From: an uncultured Gammaproteobacteria bacterium
GTDB taxonomy: Bacteria; Patescibacteriota; Microgenomatia; JAMCZE01
Direction: 5' to 3'
Assembly (NCBI GenBank): GCA_964641255.1
Contig: CAZXMM010000001.1
Span: 409,984 to 473,983, forward strand
DNA: 64,000 bases
Shown: positions 19,902 to 30,197 of the stretch, piece by piece
Layout: each line of letters opens with the position of its first letter
Numbering within the stretch: position 1 is the first letter of the stretch
Program-made: the position numbers and the translations under genes
Notes under the pieces: model-generated
The model's input: the letters and a program-made list of their open reading frames with translations, nothing else
Databases searched by the model: none
Told to the model about the DNA's origin: nothing

Positions 19902-22071
19902 CAAATTGTGGCCGATTATTGTCTTAACTTTGTTTGTGGGGTTTACCTATCGTCAGTTTTTTTGGAACCAGCTTCTACCCATCCCCGCAGACACGATTGT
20001 CGGACTCTACCATCCCTGGCGGGATTTTTATCTGGAACAGTATCCGAGCGGCATACCTTATAAAAATCACTTAGTTACCGACGCGGTGCGTCAACTTTAC
20101 CCCTGGCGGTTTTTGGCTATCTCTCAACTTAAGGAGGGAGTAGCTCCACTTTGGAATTCATTTAGTTTTTCCGGGATGCCACTGGCCGCCAATCTTCAGG
20201 CGGCAACCTATTATCCCCTCAACGGTTTATACTGGTTAACCGACTTTGCTACCGCGTGGAGTTTGCAAGTAGTGTTGCAAACTATCCTGGGGGGCGTCTT
20301 TATGATGCTTTTCTTGCGGCAGCTCAAATTACAGTCGGCGGCTATTGCTCTGGGTACTCTGGCGTGGGTGGGAAGTGGTTTTTTTGTTGCCTGGCTGACT
20401 TCCAATACGCTTGTCCAGGTAGCTATTTGGCTACCGCTTCTTTTTACAGGCATTGAGATTGTCACTAACCAGAAAAAAAACCTCTGGGGAGGAGCCATTA
20501 TCGCAGTGGCAATTTGTTGCAGTTTCCTAGCCGGAGCGCTCCAAATTTTTGGTTACTGCTTGGTGGCTGGTGTGGCTTACACTCTCTACCAGGATTTTAC
20601 TAGGCGCTCAATTAGGACGAGTTCAATTGTTCTCATTGGTAGTGCCTTGGGTCTTGGGTTAGCTTTTCCACAGTGGCGGGTGTTACTGCCCTTTTCTTTT
20701 GAGGTGGTTCGTAGTGTTAGTGATGCCGCCTGGATGGAACCGGGTTGGTTTTTGCCCTGGCAAAATCTAATTCAATTTATAGCTCCGGATTTTTTTGGTA
20801 ACCCGGCTACCCTAAATTACTTTGGGGTGTGGAACTACATGGAGTTTGTAGGCTATGTGGGGCTGGTCCCACTAGTGTTTTCTGTCAGCGCTGCTTTGTT
20901 TCAGTTTAGAAAAAATGTTTTCTGGGTGGGCCTCATAATCATCGCTGTTCTTTTGGCTACACCTAACCCCATTTCTGCTTTGCCGTTTGCCTGGAAATTT
21001 CCTTTTTTCAGTTTGGGACAACCCACTCGTCTCCTCGTTCTCATCGATTTTTCCTTAGCAATCCTCGCTGCGAAAGGATTACAGAGTATGCTCACAAAAG
21101 AGCTTAAGTTAAGTAAAATTATTGCTACCTCTGGGGTTATCGCGGGAATAATTGGTACTTTGTATGGTGTAGCGCTATTTTTTAATTTGGCTGTTAGCCG
21201 GCAAAACCTTATTCTTCCTACCGTACTTATTATTGTTGTTGTCCTACTATTATTTTTAGCAACGAAATCAAAATTTACTTTGGTTGCTGTTAGCTGCTTG
21301 GTAATAATCACGATTGCCGATTTGGGTCGATTTATGACTAAATTCACACCCTTCACTAGCCGCGACCAGCTTTATCCCCAAACACAGATAACAAAGTACT
21401 TATCAGACCAAGCCAAAAGTAACCCAATTCGGGTAGTAGCGCTCGATGATCGGATAATGCCCCCAAATTTCTCCATCATGTACGGCATTCCTATGGCTTC
21501 TGGTTATGATTCCTTTTTCTTAAAAGATTACGCGCTGCTGTTGGGTAAAATTGAAGGCACCAATAACTTTAACCGGATCATTACACCCAAAAACCTTGCC
21601 CACCCTCTATTTCCACTTTTAGGAGTGAACTATGTTTTGTCCTTTGATCCGTTACTACCAAGTGATGGGGCTAGTGGCACTTTTGCGCCTATCAGGTTGA
21701 CGTATACTATGAACGAGGGGCAAACCCATCTTTATCAAGTAATGAGCAGCTTACCGCGAGCTTTTTTTGTCTCAAACATTTTTCCAGAAAGAGACGAATT
21801 TATTCCTAGCGACCAAGCAATTGCGGAGGGGGTAGTGGAACAAGAGTTTTTGCCAGGAGGAATGGCGAAAATTGTTTCTTATTCTAACAACGAAGTAAAA
21901 ATAGAAGTGGTTAATGAAACCGATGGGTTTTTGGTTTTATTGGATACTTATTATCCTTCCTGGCAGGCAACGGTGGATGGAAAACCAACCAAAATCTATC
22001 GGACCGATTATGCTTTTAGAGGAGTTTTTGTGCCAGCAAATAGCCACCAGGTAATTTTTACAGTGAGGTAA
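19876..22071 (+). CDS. YfhO-family GT-C membrane protein (paralog of 7406..9790)
   Basis: DAVRQLYPWR, PLWNSFSFSGMPLAANLQ, APDFFGNPAT.NY, GYDS, LLDTYYPSWQATVDG..IYRTDYAFRGV. Start moved to ATG 19876. Confidence 0.87.
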   Translation: MRHFISWLNKLWPIIVLTLFVGFTYRQFFWNQLLPIPADTIVGLYHPWRDFYLEQYPSGIPYKNHLVTDAVRQLYPWRFLAISQLKEGVAPLWNSFSFSGMPLAANLQAATYYPLNGLYWLTDFATAWSLQVVLQTILGGVFMMLFLRQLKLQSAAIALGTLAWVGSGFFVAWLTSNTLVQVAIWLPLLFTGIEIVTNQKKNLWGGAIIAVAICCSFLAGALQIFGYCLVAGVAYTLYQDFTRRSIRTSSIVLIGSALGLGLAFPQWRVLLPFSFEVVRSVSDAAWMEPGWFLPWQNLIQFIAPDFFGNPATLNYFGVWNYMEFVGYVGLVPLVFSVSAALFQFRKNVFWVGLIIIAVLLATPNPISALPFAWKFPFFSLGQPTRLLVLIDFSLAILAAKGLQSMLTKELKLSKIIATSGVIAGIIGTLYGVALFFNLAVSRQNLILPTVLIIVVVLLLFLATKSKFTLVAVSCLVIITIADLGRFMTKFTPFTSRDQLYPQTQITKYLSDQAKSNPIRVVALDDRIMPPNFSIMYGIPMASGYDSFFLKDYALLLGKIEGTNNFNRIITPKNLAHPLFPLLGVNYVLSFDPLLPSDGASGTFAPIRLTYTMNEGQTHLYQVMSSLPRAFFVSNIFPERDEFIPSDQAIAEGVVEQEFLPGGMAKIVSYSNNEVKIEVVNETDGFLVLLDTYYPSWQATVDGKPTKIYRTDYAFRGVFVPANSHQVIFTVR

Positions 22072-22072
22072 A

Positions 22073-23737
22073 ATGAGAATCAAACTACTACTTAAAAATC
22101 ACTACCTAATTCTACTTATCATTCTTCTGGGGTTTTTGTTGCGGTTTTATCAACTGGGAAGTACCCCCCCCTCAATGAATATTGACGAAGTCAGTATTGG
22201 CTACAATGCTTATTCAATTTTAAAAACAGGCCATGACGAATTTGGCAAATTTTTCCCCTTATCTTTTCGCTCTTATGATGATTACAAGCCACCGCTTTAT
22301 ATCTATTTGGTGGTGCCCGCGATTGCTATTTTGGGGCTGACTGATTTTGCGGTGCGTTTCCCCGCGGCACTGATGGGAACACTAGCAATTCTTACGACAT
22401 ACTTATTCGTTCGGGAACTATTTCCCCACAAAAAATCGATCGCTATGTTTTCGGCCCTACTTCTAGCCATTACCCCTTGGCATCTGCAGTTTACAAGAAC
22501 CGCGTTTGAAGTCGGAGGCATGGCCTTTTTGACCACTTTGGGACTTTTTCTCTACCTTAAAGGACTGCGAAGAAAACAATTGTTACTTATCGCTCTATCT
22601 GGTCTAATTCTTGCCTTGGAGGGATTTTTATATCAAGCGGCCAGACTGTTTACCCCACTACTGGGACTAGTTCTCTTGGCCATCTATCTCATCCCCCTGA
22701 TCTGGCAAAAGCAGTGGAAAAGACTACTTACTGTGGGATTTAGCTTTGGAATTGTTTTTTTACTTTTATTTGGTCCAATTATTTTCTTGACTCTTAGTCC
22801 AGAGGGACAAGCGCGTTTTCAAGGAACAAGTATTTTTCAGGATTTTGAGCCCCATGCTCAAGGAGTCGCTTTTCAGACCACAGACTGGCTAAGTGCGGAT
22901 CGGCTGGTGGTTTTAGCCTTTCATCAGGAGCCCCTATTCTATCTGCAAAAAATAGCCGTTGGGTACTTTACTCATCTTCGCCTGGATTTTCTTTATCTCG
23001 GTCTGGGAGGAGTCAAGGTTAATCTGATTCCTCATGTGGGTTTGGAGCTTCTTTGGACACTGCCGTTTTTACTCATTGGCCTTTTCTACCTTTTTGACTA
23101 TCACGACAAACGAGTAATTGGTCTTCTTTTGGGCTGGCTACTGATAAGTCCCATTCCTGCGGCATTGACTTGGGACATTCCTACTTCAATTCGTACTGCT
23201 GTTATGCTGCCGGTATTGGAGATTATTGTCTCTCTGGGCATAGTCATGATTGTTTCCAAGCTGCATAAAACACCTCGACTTCGTTTGCCCGCGCTGCTTT
23301 TTATCGCTGCAACCGGGGTTTATTTTTTTGCTTACATGCTTCATATGCTGTTTTTTCACCTGCCCGAGTATCTAAGTAAGCAGTGGTACGCGCCTTACCG
23401 AGAAGTGGTTGAGACAACCATGCGTTTGGCACCAAATTACGACAAAGTAATCGTTGGCACTAATCTTGATCAACCCCATGGTTTTTTTCTTTACTATAGT
23501 CACTATGACCCCAAGACCTACTTGGACAAGGATGGGGGAACGGTATCGGGTAGTTACACCACCACTGCCAATCATCTGGCTAACATCTATTTTGAACATC
23601 TTGGTTTTGATCAGATTAAAGAAAAAAACGTGCTAGTTGTTGGACACCGGGGGGATTTTCCAAGGGAGCTTAAACCACTCTTTGTGTTTCCCGTTGGAAC
23701 TGCTGAAAATGACATCGTAATTGTAGAGAAACAATGA
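22073..23737 (+). CDS. GT-C membrane glycosyltransferase (PMT_2/ArnT-like, DE..GYNAYS subgroup)
   Basis: DEVSIGYNAYSILKTGHDEFG, FRSYDDYKPP, VRFP, PWHLQFTRTAFE. Confidence 0.88.
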   Translation: MRIKLLLKNHYLILLIILLGFLLRFYQLGSTPPSMNIDEVSIGYNAYSILKTGHDEFGKFFPLSFRSYDDYKPPLYIYLVVPAIAILGLTDFAVRFPAALMGTLAILTTYLFVRELFPHKKSIAMFSALLLAITPWHLQFTRTAFEVGGMAFLTTLGLFLYLKGLRRKQLLLIALSGLILALEGFLYQAARLFTPLLGLVLLAIYLIPLIWQKQWKRLLTVGFSFGIVFLLLFGPIIFLTLSPEGQARFQGTSIFQDFEPHAQGVAFQTTDWLSADRLVVLAFHQEPLFYLQKIAVGYFTHLRLDFLYLGLGGVKVNLIPHVGLELLWTLPFLLIGLFYLFDYHDKRVIGLLLGWLLISPIPAALTWDIPTSIRTAVMLPVLEIIVSLGIVMIVSKLHKTPRLRLPALLFIAATGVYFFAYMLHMLFFHLPEYLSKQWYAPYREVVETTMRLAPNYDKVIVGTNLDQPHGFFLYYSHYDPKTYLDKDGGTVSGSYTTTANHLANIYFEHLGFDQIKEKNVLVVGHRGDFPRELKPLFVFPVGTAENDIVIVEKQ

Positions 23738-25377
23738 AAAAGTTTTTGCTACTAGCATGGGCGATTTTTCTCTTAGGGGCAGTCCTAAGACTATATCGGT
23801 TGCCAACCATTCCAGCTGGCTTAAATCTTGATGAGGTGGCCATGGGTTACAATGCCTATTCCCTTCTTAAAACTGGCCACGACGAATATGGAGCCGTCTT
23901 GCCAATCTATTTTCGCTCGCATGATGATTATAAACCGCCCTTTATCATCTATACCCAGGTGCCATCGGTGGCTATTTTTGGGCTAAATGCTTTAGCCGTC
24001 AGGTTACCCTCCGCTTTAATGGGAATTTTGGGAATTGTTTTGACATACCATTTAGTTACTGAACTGTTTCCGAAGCGGAAAAAAACAGCGCTGCTAGCGA
24101 GCTTTTTGTTTGCCATTTCCCCTTGGGCCCTCCAGTTCAATCGCACGGCCTACGAGGTGGGCATGCAACCGACTCTGACGACAGGTGCTCTCTATTTTTT
24201 CCTTAGCGGTCTGAGACTTAAATCGTGGCTGAGAATGATACTAGCGGGAGTCTTTTTTGGACTGGGACCACATCTTTACACCGCTTCACGGGTCTTTGTT
24301 CCCACTCTTTTGGTGGCAAGCAGTCTCTTGTATCGCAAAGAGTTGTGGGGTAATCGGAAGTTGGCCATCGCTTTTGCTACCGCCTTGCTCATTTTTCTTC
24401 TGCCCGCTTTTTATTTATTAACCACTCCAGCTGGTCAAGTGCGTTTTAAAGGAACCAGTATCTTGCAAGATTATGGCCCCCATGCGCAGAATCTCGCTTG
24501 GCAAACAGCAGATTGGTTGAGGCGAGACCGCATCGGCGCAATGTTGTTTCACTCGGAAAAGATTGAGTTTTATCCTCAGATTCTAAGCGGCTATTTTGCC
24601 CATCTGCGCCTTGATTATCTCTTCTTGGGTAATTCCCACTCCAGCACCAATTATGTTCCCAATGCCGGGCTTATTTACGCGTGGGAATTACCCTTTATAG
24701 TGGCCGGATTTTTCTTTCTCTTTAAACAGAAAAACAAACGCATAGCTCTGTTGTTAACAGCCTGGATTATATTGGCGCCACTGCCAGCTTCTGTCACCTC
24801 GGGTATTCCCAGTTCCATTCGTACCACCATCTTTTTGCCCGCTTGGCAAATTATTTCCGCTTTTGGAATCCTAACACTTTACGCCAGGCTTATTACAGTT
24901 CGGAAAACGGTTAAATTAATTGTTTTGGGAGGATTTTGTGGGGTTGCTACCTACGCCCTTGGCTACTACTTGCACATGTATTACATTCATGCTCCCATAG
25001 CGCGGGGTAAGTTTTGGTACAGTTCTTATCCTGCTGTTGTTACGGTTACACAATCGCTTGCAAGCCAGTACCAAAAGGTCATAGTTTCTAATCGACTTGA
25101 TCAACCCCAAAGTTTTTTTCTGTTTTACACACACTATGATCCTAAGACGTACTTTGAAAAGGATGGTGGCACTGTTTCTGGAAGTTTTTCTGAGGATCGT
25201 AATCATTTCGGAAATTTTGAATTTAAGCCAATTCATTATTCCGAAATGTCTAAGGATACCGACTATTTGTACGTTGGTGTTGCTGACGACTTTCCCAAGA
25301 GTGCGCCATTAATCCAGAAATTCCTTAACCCAGATGGCAGCGACGGGGTCTATATAGTGGGAAATAAGAAAAATTGA
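23734..25377 (+). CDS. GT-C membrane glycosyltransferase (DE..GYNAYS subgroup), closest paralog of the preceding gene
   Basis: DEVAMGYNAYSLLKTGHDEYG, FRSHDDYKPP, SPWALQFNRTAYE, HYDPKTY..KDGGTVSGS. Confidence 0.88.
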   Translation: MKKFLLLAWAIFLLGAVLRLYRLPTIPAGLNLDEVAMGYNAYSLLKTGHDEYGAVLPIYFRSHDDYKPPFIIYTQVPSVAIFGLNALAVRLPSALMGILGIVLTYHLVTELFPKRKKTALLASFLFAISPWALQFNRTAYEVGMQPTLTTGALYFFLSGLRLKSWLRMILAGVFFGLGPHLYTASRVFVPTLLVASSLLYRKELWGNRKLAIAFATALLIFLLPAFYLLTTPAGQVRFKGTSILQDYGPHAQNLAWQTADWLRRDRIGAMLFHSEKIEFYPQILSGYFAHLRLDYLFLGNSHSSTNYVPNAGLIYAWELPFIVAGFFFLFKQKNKRIALLLTAWIILAPLPASVTSGIPSSIRTTIFLPAWQIISAFGILTLYARLITVRKTVKLIVLGGFCGVATYALGYYLHMYYIHAPIARGKFWYSSYPAVVTVTQSLASQYQKVIVSNRLDQPQSFFLFYTHYDPKTYFEKDGGTVSGSFSEDRNHFGNFEFKPIHYSEMSKDTDYLYVGVADDFPKSAPLIQKFLNPDGSDGVYIVGNKKN

Positions 25378-27038
25378 TGAGAAGGATTTTACTGCTCTTA
25401 GCCGTTCTTTTGTTGGCGTTTTTTGTACGACTTTACCAAGTGCAAGTGATTCCGGTCTCGCTCTATTGGGATGAAGTGGCAATTGGGTACAATGCTTATG
25501 CCGTTTCGGAGACAGGCAAGGACGAGTATGGTTCCTCTTTTCCATTGCTGTTCAGGTCTTTTGATGACTATAAACTGCCAGGTCAAGTTTATCTCACGGC
25601 ACCCTTCGTTAAAATATTGGGTCTGAGTGAACTTGCTGTTCGCCTGCCAGCGGTACTCATGGGCACACTTGCTGTTTTAGCAACCTACGCTTTTACTCTA
25701 CAACTCTTTTCAAAACGAACCAAACTGGCACTGTTGAGCGGTTTTTTCTTAGCCATCTCGCCCTGGCACATACACTTTACTCGTGCCTCCTTTGAAGCGG
25801 GAAGTGCCCTGACACTGCTCATAGCGGGTGCTGCTTGTATCCTCAAGGGATTAAAAGCGAGACAACTTCCCGCCCTTATTATTGGCATCCTACTCCTAGC
25901 GGGGAGCACCTATTTTTACCGCTCTGCTCAAGTATTTGCCCCGCTCCTTGTTTTAGGTTTGTTACTTTTTTCGTGGAAGAAAACTATCCTTTCTATTAAA
26001 AAACCGCTACTGGTGGTAGTTATTTTTTCCGCTTTAGTAGCTTTAATTTACTTCGTTTCTTTTTTTGGTGTCGGCAATGTGCGCATTAATCAGGTCGGAG
26101 TAGCAAGTGAAACTTTTGATCAAACTGTTGAGAGTGCCAAACTTATTGAGCAAAGTGGTAGTACCGCACTTTCGCGAATTATCTACAACAGGCGTTTCAT
26201 TTATGCTCTCCAGTTTGCTAAAAACTATGCCGCCCATTTTAATCCGAATTTTCTGTTTTGGTCAGGAGATCCGTTTGGGCGACACCAAACGCCGGGTATG
26301 GGACAACTTTATTTTTGGGAAATTATCACACTGCCCCTTGGCCTTTTGGGCTTGTGGCTGTTTTCTAAAAAGAAGTTTGGGCTTCTTAGTTGGTGGGTTG
26401 TCTCGGCAATTGTTCCGGCAGCCCTTGCCTCACCCAGTCCTCATGCCCTGCGTAGTTTGAATATCCTTCCGATTCCACAAATACTTTCTGCCTGGGGCAT
26501 AATTTTTGTTAGTAGTTTGACAAAGAGTCACTGGGCTAAACTGAGTAGTAGTCTGGCCATAGCTGGAATTATTGCAGTCTTCCTCCATCGCTATTTGTCG
26601 CTTTACTTTATTTTGTCGCCGAGCTACAGTTCCTTTTCCTGGGGGGATCCTAATAAAGAGCTAGTTGCATACTTAACCCCACTGGAGAGTAAATATGACA
26701 AGGTCATTGTCACTGGCTTTAATTGGCAACCCTATATTTATTTTTTGTTTTATCAAAAAGTAAATCCCAAGGAGTTTCAAAACTCAGGAACCAGTTTTGA
26801 ATTTAAAAAGTATTGGTTTGGTTCGCCCGATTGGGACCCCCAAAATCCCTACCGTCAACTGCGTAATATTAATTTGGCCGACTTTAATAGATATGGCCAG
26901 AAGCTGCTTTTTGTGTTGTCTGAGGAAGAATATAAGCTTAAGAAAAGTGAGGTAGCAGTTTTGCGAGAAATGCGGGCTAAAAATAGCAGGTTAGTCTTTG
27001 TGCTAGCGCAGCCGATCACAACCTCAGATCTTCAGTGA
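25377..27038 (+). CDS. GT-C membrane glycosyltransferase (DE..GYNAYS subgroup)
   Basis: WDEVAIGYNAYA..TGKDEYG, FRSFDDYKLP, SPWHIHFTRASFE, SPHALR, QPYIYFLFY. ATG 25377 overlaps the previous TGA. Confidence 0.88.
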   Translation: MRRILLLLAVLLLAFFVRLYQVQVIPVSLYWDEVAIGYNAYAVSETGKDEYGSSFPLLFRSFDDYKLPGQVYLTAPFVKILGLSELAVRLPAVLMGTLAVLATYAFTLQLFSKRTKLALLSGFFLAISPWHIHFTRASFEAGSALTLLIAGAACILKGLKARQLPALIIGILLLAGSTYFYRSAQVFAPLLVLGLLLFSWKKTILSIKKPLLVVVIFSALVALIYFVSFFGVGNVRINQVGVASETFDQTVESAKLIEQSGSTALSRIIYNRRFIYALQFAKNYAAHFNPNFLFWSGDPFGRHQTPGMGQLYFWEIITLPLGLLGLWLFSKKKFGLLSWWVVSAIVPAALASPSPHALRSLNILPIPQILSAWGIIFVSSLTKSHWAKLSSSLAIAGIIAVFLHRYLSLYFILSPSYSSFSWGDPNKELVAYLTPLESKYDKVIVTGFNWQPYIYFLFYQKVNPKEFQNSGTSFEFKKYWFGSPDWDPQNPYRQLRNINLADFNRYGQKLLFVLSEEEYKLKKSEVAVLREMRAKNSRLVFVLAQPITTSDLQ

Positions 27039-28662
27039 CCTGGGTTTTATCAATGAGAATCTTGGCTCCAATACTTCCGTTGGCCATGGGAATAGGGATT
27101 ACTGTTGCCCAATCGGGCTCGTCACAGTAGGAACTGTCCAGATAAATTTGATACTCGGTGTGTTCCACCATTTTGCTGGCACACGGACCAGCACCAGTGA
27201 AGCGGTAATTAAGAAAACTCATCTCATTATTTTTGGCATTTTTGTAAGCTTCTTGGGCGATTTTTGGATCAATCTTTTCAAAGAACAATGAATATATGTG
27301 AGTATCTAGGAAATAGGTAGTGGCGAGAACTTGATACTTTTTAGGTACTTTACTTAATTTTTGGGCAGCAATTCGGGATGGGTAATTGCGATTTAGCCAC
27401 TCATCTCCCCGTGCGTGGACACTATACTCGTGCCAGAAATATGCAAAGTGCCAAAGGGAGATTCCAAGCAGGAGAACAAAACAAATGCGCTTGAGATTTA
27501 GTTTTATTAAACCAGTAAGAGAACTAAGCCCCATAGCTCCTAAAATAACTAAAGGAACTATCATATTACTGGCCCTACTCATATTAGGATGACCGTCAGA
27601 GGTGATGGCGGCAACAAGAGGACCAACAAGTAGCCAGCCCCCCACAAGAATTAAAATTGGCCGAATTTTTGGTTGTCGCCAGCTGGCGGCGAGGCCCAGT
27701 AGCCAGATACCTATTCCAATTACGGTGACAAAGTTAACTACTCCTGACTTAGGGATTTGATAGCGACCGGCGCTGCCCCCTTCAAACAGCAGGAATTTTC
27801 CACTGAAGTAGTCAGTATAACGTTCAGTCACCGTCTGAAGAATGATTATTGGCTTATTATGAAACAGCCTGGTTACGTATGTAGAAGTTCCGTCTAATTC
27901 TTGGGAGATAAATTTGTCGATTTGCTGCTGGCTATAGAGATTCACTACTTGCCTGGCTCTACTAGTGGCAGGACCAAGAAAAACAATTGTAGCCACTGGA
28001 AAGATCAGATAGGCCGCTACCACGACGAGCCATAGTCTCAGTTTTTTCTTGTTCGAAGCCTTTAGGTAAAGGTAAAGCGTCAAGAAGGGTAAAAAAAGAA
28101 TAATGAACGGATTGGTTCCAGTATAAGTCCAAAAAGAAAGAAGCAGAGTCAGATAAGTAAAAAACCACCAAAATGGTTTCCGCTCGAGCGCAAAGATGGC
28201 CAGATTGGTAATAAGTAGTGTCATAAAGATTCCCACGACTTGCTCGGCGGTGGCTCGGGAAAGAATAATGTGCCAGGGAGAGATAGCGAGGAGGAGGCCA
28301 GACAAAACGGCCACAGATCGCTTTTTAAACAGTTGCCAAACCAAAAAATAAAGCAGGACTGGGCTAAACGCTCCAAAAATTGCTGCCGGTAATCTGACGG
28401 CCTCTTCATTTAGTCCCAGCAGTGCTACCACCGGCACAATTAAATAGACTATCCCCATAGGGCGATAGTCACCGAAAGTATCAACGTATAGAGCCAAGTA
28501 TTGGCTATAAACATTGCTACCGGTCTTTAAGACCGAGTAGGCGTTGTATCCGGCAACCGCCTCATCAAACTGAAAACCAGCGGGTAAGTGGCCTAGATCC
28601 CAAAGGCGGAAAAAAAGGGCAATGCTAAGGATGGCTAGGCAAGCGATTAAATGCTTTCTCAT
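27016..28662 (-). CDS. GT-C membrane glycosyltransferase (DE..GYNAYS subgroup), inverted orientation
   Basis: FDEAVAGYNAYSVLKTG, FGDYRP, VRLP, SPWHIILSRATAE. Start moved to ATG 28662 (MRKHL). Confidence 0.86.
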   Translation of the reverse strand: MRKHLIACLAILSIALFFRLWDLGHLPAGFQFDEAVAGYNAYSVLKTGSNVYSQYLALYVDTFGDYRPMGIVYLIVPVVALLGLNEEAVRLPAAIFGAFSPVLLYFLVWQLFKKRSVAVLSGLLLAISPWHIILSRATAEQVVGIFMTLLITNLAIFALERKPFWWFFTYLTLLLSFWTYTGTNPFIILFLPFLTLYLYLKASNKKKLRLWLVVVAAYLIFPVATIVFLGPATSRARQVVNLYSQQQIDKFISQELDGTSTYVTRLFHNKPIIILQTVTERYTDYFSGKFLLFEGGSAGRYQIPKSGVVNFVTVIGIGIWLLGLAASWRQPKIRPILILVGGWLLVGPLVAAITSDGHPNMSRASNMIVPLVILGAMGLSSLTGLIKLNLKRICFVLLLGISLWHFAYFWHEYSVHARGDEWLNRNYPSRIAAQKLSKVPKKYQVLATTYFLDTHIYSLFFEKIDPKIAQEAYKNAKNNEMSFLNYRFTGAGPCASKMVEHTEYQIYLDSSYCDEPDWATVIPIPMANGSIGAKILIDKTQVTEDLRL

Positions 28663-28675
28663 TTTGCTTCTAATC

Positions 28676-30181
28676 TCATCTAAAGAAAATCCCCAGCTCA
28701 ATGTTTTTGTCGTGGGGAATTTTCATTTCTTCCACTGACAAATTGTATCTTAGGAGAGTATAGCCGTTAGGAAATGTTTTGGTAGAGACTGGTGGCTGTT
28801 TGATTCTTACCATGTTTTCAATCCACCACTGATAACCCATGTAGGGGTTATCAACTGGCGGTTGTTGGGCGATGACATAGGTGGTGGGTAGTTTGGTATA
28901 TTCACGACCAAAATTGCCTGCCGTTTCAAAGTTATAAATCATGGCATAACGCGGTTGATAGGCAAAAGCATCTGGTGAGTAGACAAAGTAGCCAAATTCC
29001 TTCCCCTCTTGTCCGGTGAGCACGCTTTTAGCAACTTGCGACAGCCCAAGCCAAGAGTTTGGATCTTTAAAGAAGAAATCCTTTTGCAGCCTTTGTAAAT
29101 AAACTGTGCTGCCTTGTAAATTAAGAGCTACCAAAATTATTGTTAAGCCAATGACAAGTTTTTTTAATCGCCCTTGAGCCAGTGAAACAAACCACAGGGT
29201 CGTTAAGGGCATCATGGGAAAATAGTAGTGATAGAGAAGTGTCCCTTTATTGAAAAATGTTGACCCCATAAATCCAAAATAGCAGAGTGCAAAAAGAAGA
29301 TGAGGTATGCGGCTTTTGACTAGAGTTTTGATTTGAAAAAGCGCACCTAATAGCGTGGTGATAAACAGCCCGAATACTAACTGCGACGGTAACCACCACC
29401 CCAGTTGCAAATTCATTATTTGATTAACTCGCTGACTGACGAAATTTGCGGGAGGCTGGGCTTTTGGGGAGAGGGCATAGTCAAAGAGTGCTTTGGCCAT
29501 TTGGTGATCGTGGCGGAAATCAAAAATTACAAAGTTGACCAACAGCAGGGGGACAATAATAAAAGTGAACCAGTGACGAAAAAGTCTCCTTCGAATTATT
29601 ACGATAGCAGTTACAACAAACGTGATCCCAAAAAGAGGTAGCATTGCCAACATGAACTGAACCATGAGGGCGCAAACAATAATATTAAGAAGCAGGAATT
29701 TCCATTGGGCACTTTGACAGTAACGAAGGAGAGTATAGTAATAAGCCCCACTAAGAAAAACGGTAGCGTGGCCATGAAAGAAGGCGTCATTATTGCGAAA
29801 GATCATGTTGCCTGACAGCAAAATGGCGTAAAGACAAGCGGGGACTAGTCCAAAAAGTTTTTTGGCAATAAAAAATCCCAAAGCAACCATCAAAATTGTT
29901 AATAAAATCCAAAACCAACCCTGGACTACTGGATTACCTTGACCCAGTAAAAAGGTGGGGTAGTTAAGATAGGACCACAGCGGTCCGTGATATAACCCGG
30001 CTATGTTGGAGCGCGGTCCAATAAAGACTAGTGTTTTTTCACTGATCTCCCGGTAAAGAAGAAAATCGCGGGCCACATCATTAAATAAATTAACTTCGCC
30101 GTGCAAGAGAGAGAAACTTGCAAGACCTATATGTAGCGTCGTTAGTATGATGGTTACTCCCAATAATACCTTTTTCCACAT
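28676..30181 (-). CDS. GT-C membrane glycosyltransferase (D-x-x-R-D subgroup)
   Basis: NDVARD, FIGPRSNIAGLYHGPLWSY; many TMs and a soluble C-terminal domain. Confidence 0.8.
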   Translation of the reverse strand: MWKKVLLGVTIILTTLHIGLASFSLLHGEVNLFNDVARDFLLYREISEKTLVFIGPRSNIAGLYHGPLWSYLNYPTFLLGQGNPVVQGWFWILLTILMVALGFFIAKKLFGLVPACLYAILLSGNMIFRNNDAFFHGHATVFLSGAYYYTLLRYCQSAQWKFLLLNIIVCALMVQFMLAMLPLFGITFVVTAIVIIRRRLFRHWFTFIIVPLLLVNFVIFDFRHDHQMAKALFDYALSPKAQPPANFVSQRVNQIMNLQLGWWLPSQLVFGLFITTLLGALFQIKTLVKSRIPHLLFALCYFGFMGSTFFNKGTLLYHYYFPMMPLTTLWFVSLAQGRLKKLVIGLTIILVALNLQGSTVYLQRLQKDFFFKDPNSWLGLSQVAKSVLTGQEGKEFGYFVYSPDAFAYQPRYAMIYNFETAGNFGREYTKLPTTYVIAQQPPVDNPYMGYQWWIENMVRIKQPPVSTKTFPNGYTLLRYNLSVEEMKIPHDKNIELGIFFR

Positions 30182-30197
30182 ATAATGTATGGTAGCA
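30181..30197. promoter_or_regulatory. Bidirectional -10 elements in a 15-bp gap between divergent start codons
   Basis: On -, TGCTACCAT then 7 nt to ATG 30181. On +, TATAAT (30181-30186) or TAATGT (30183-30188), 10 or 8 nt before ATG 30197. Confidence 0.6.

Noticed and set aside
20473-22170. Homopolymer runs (A8 at 20473-20480, C7 near 22164) as phase-variation tracts
   Set aside because: They are short, common in this Phe/Lys-rich sequence, and all ORFs are intact.
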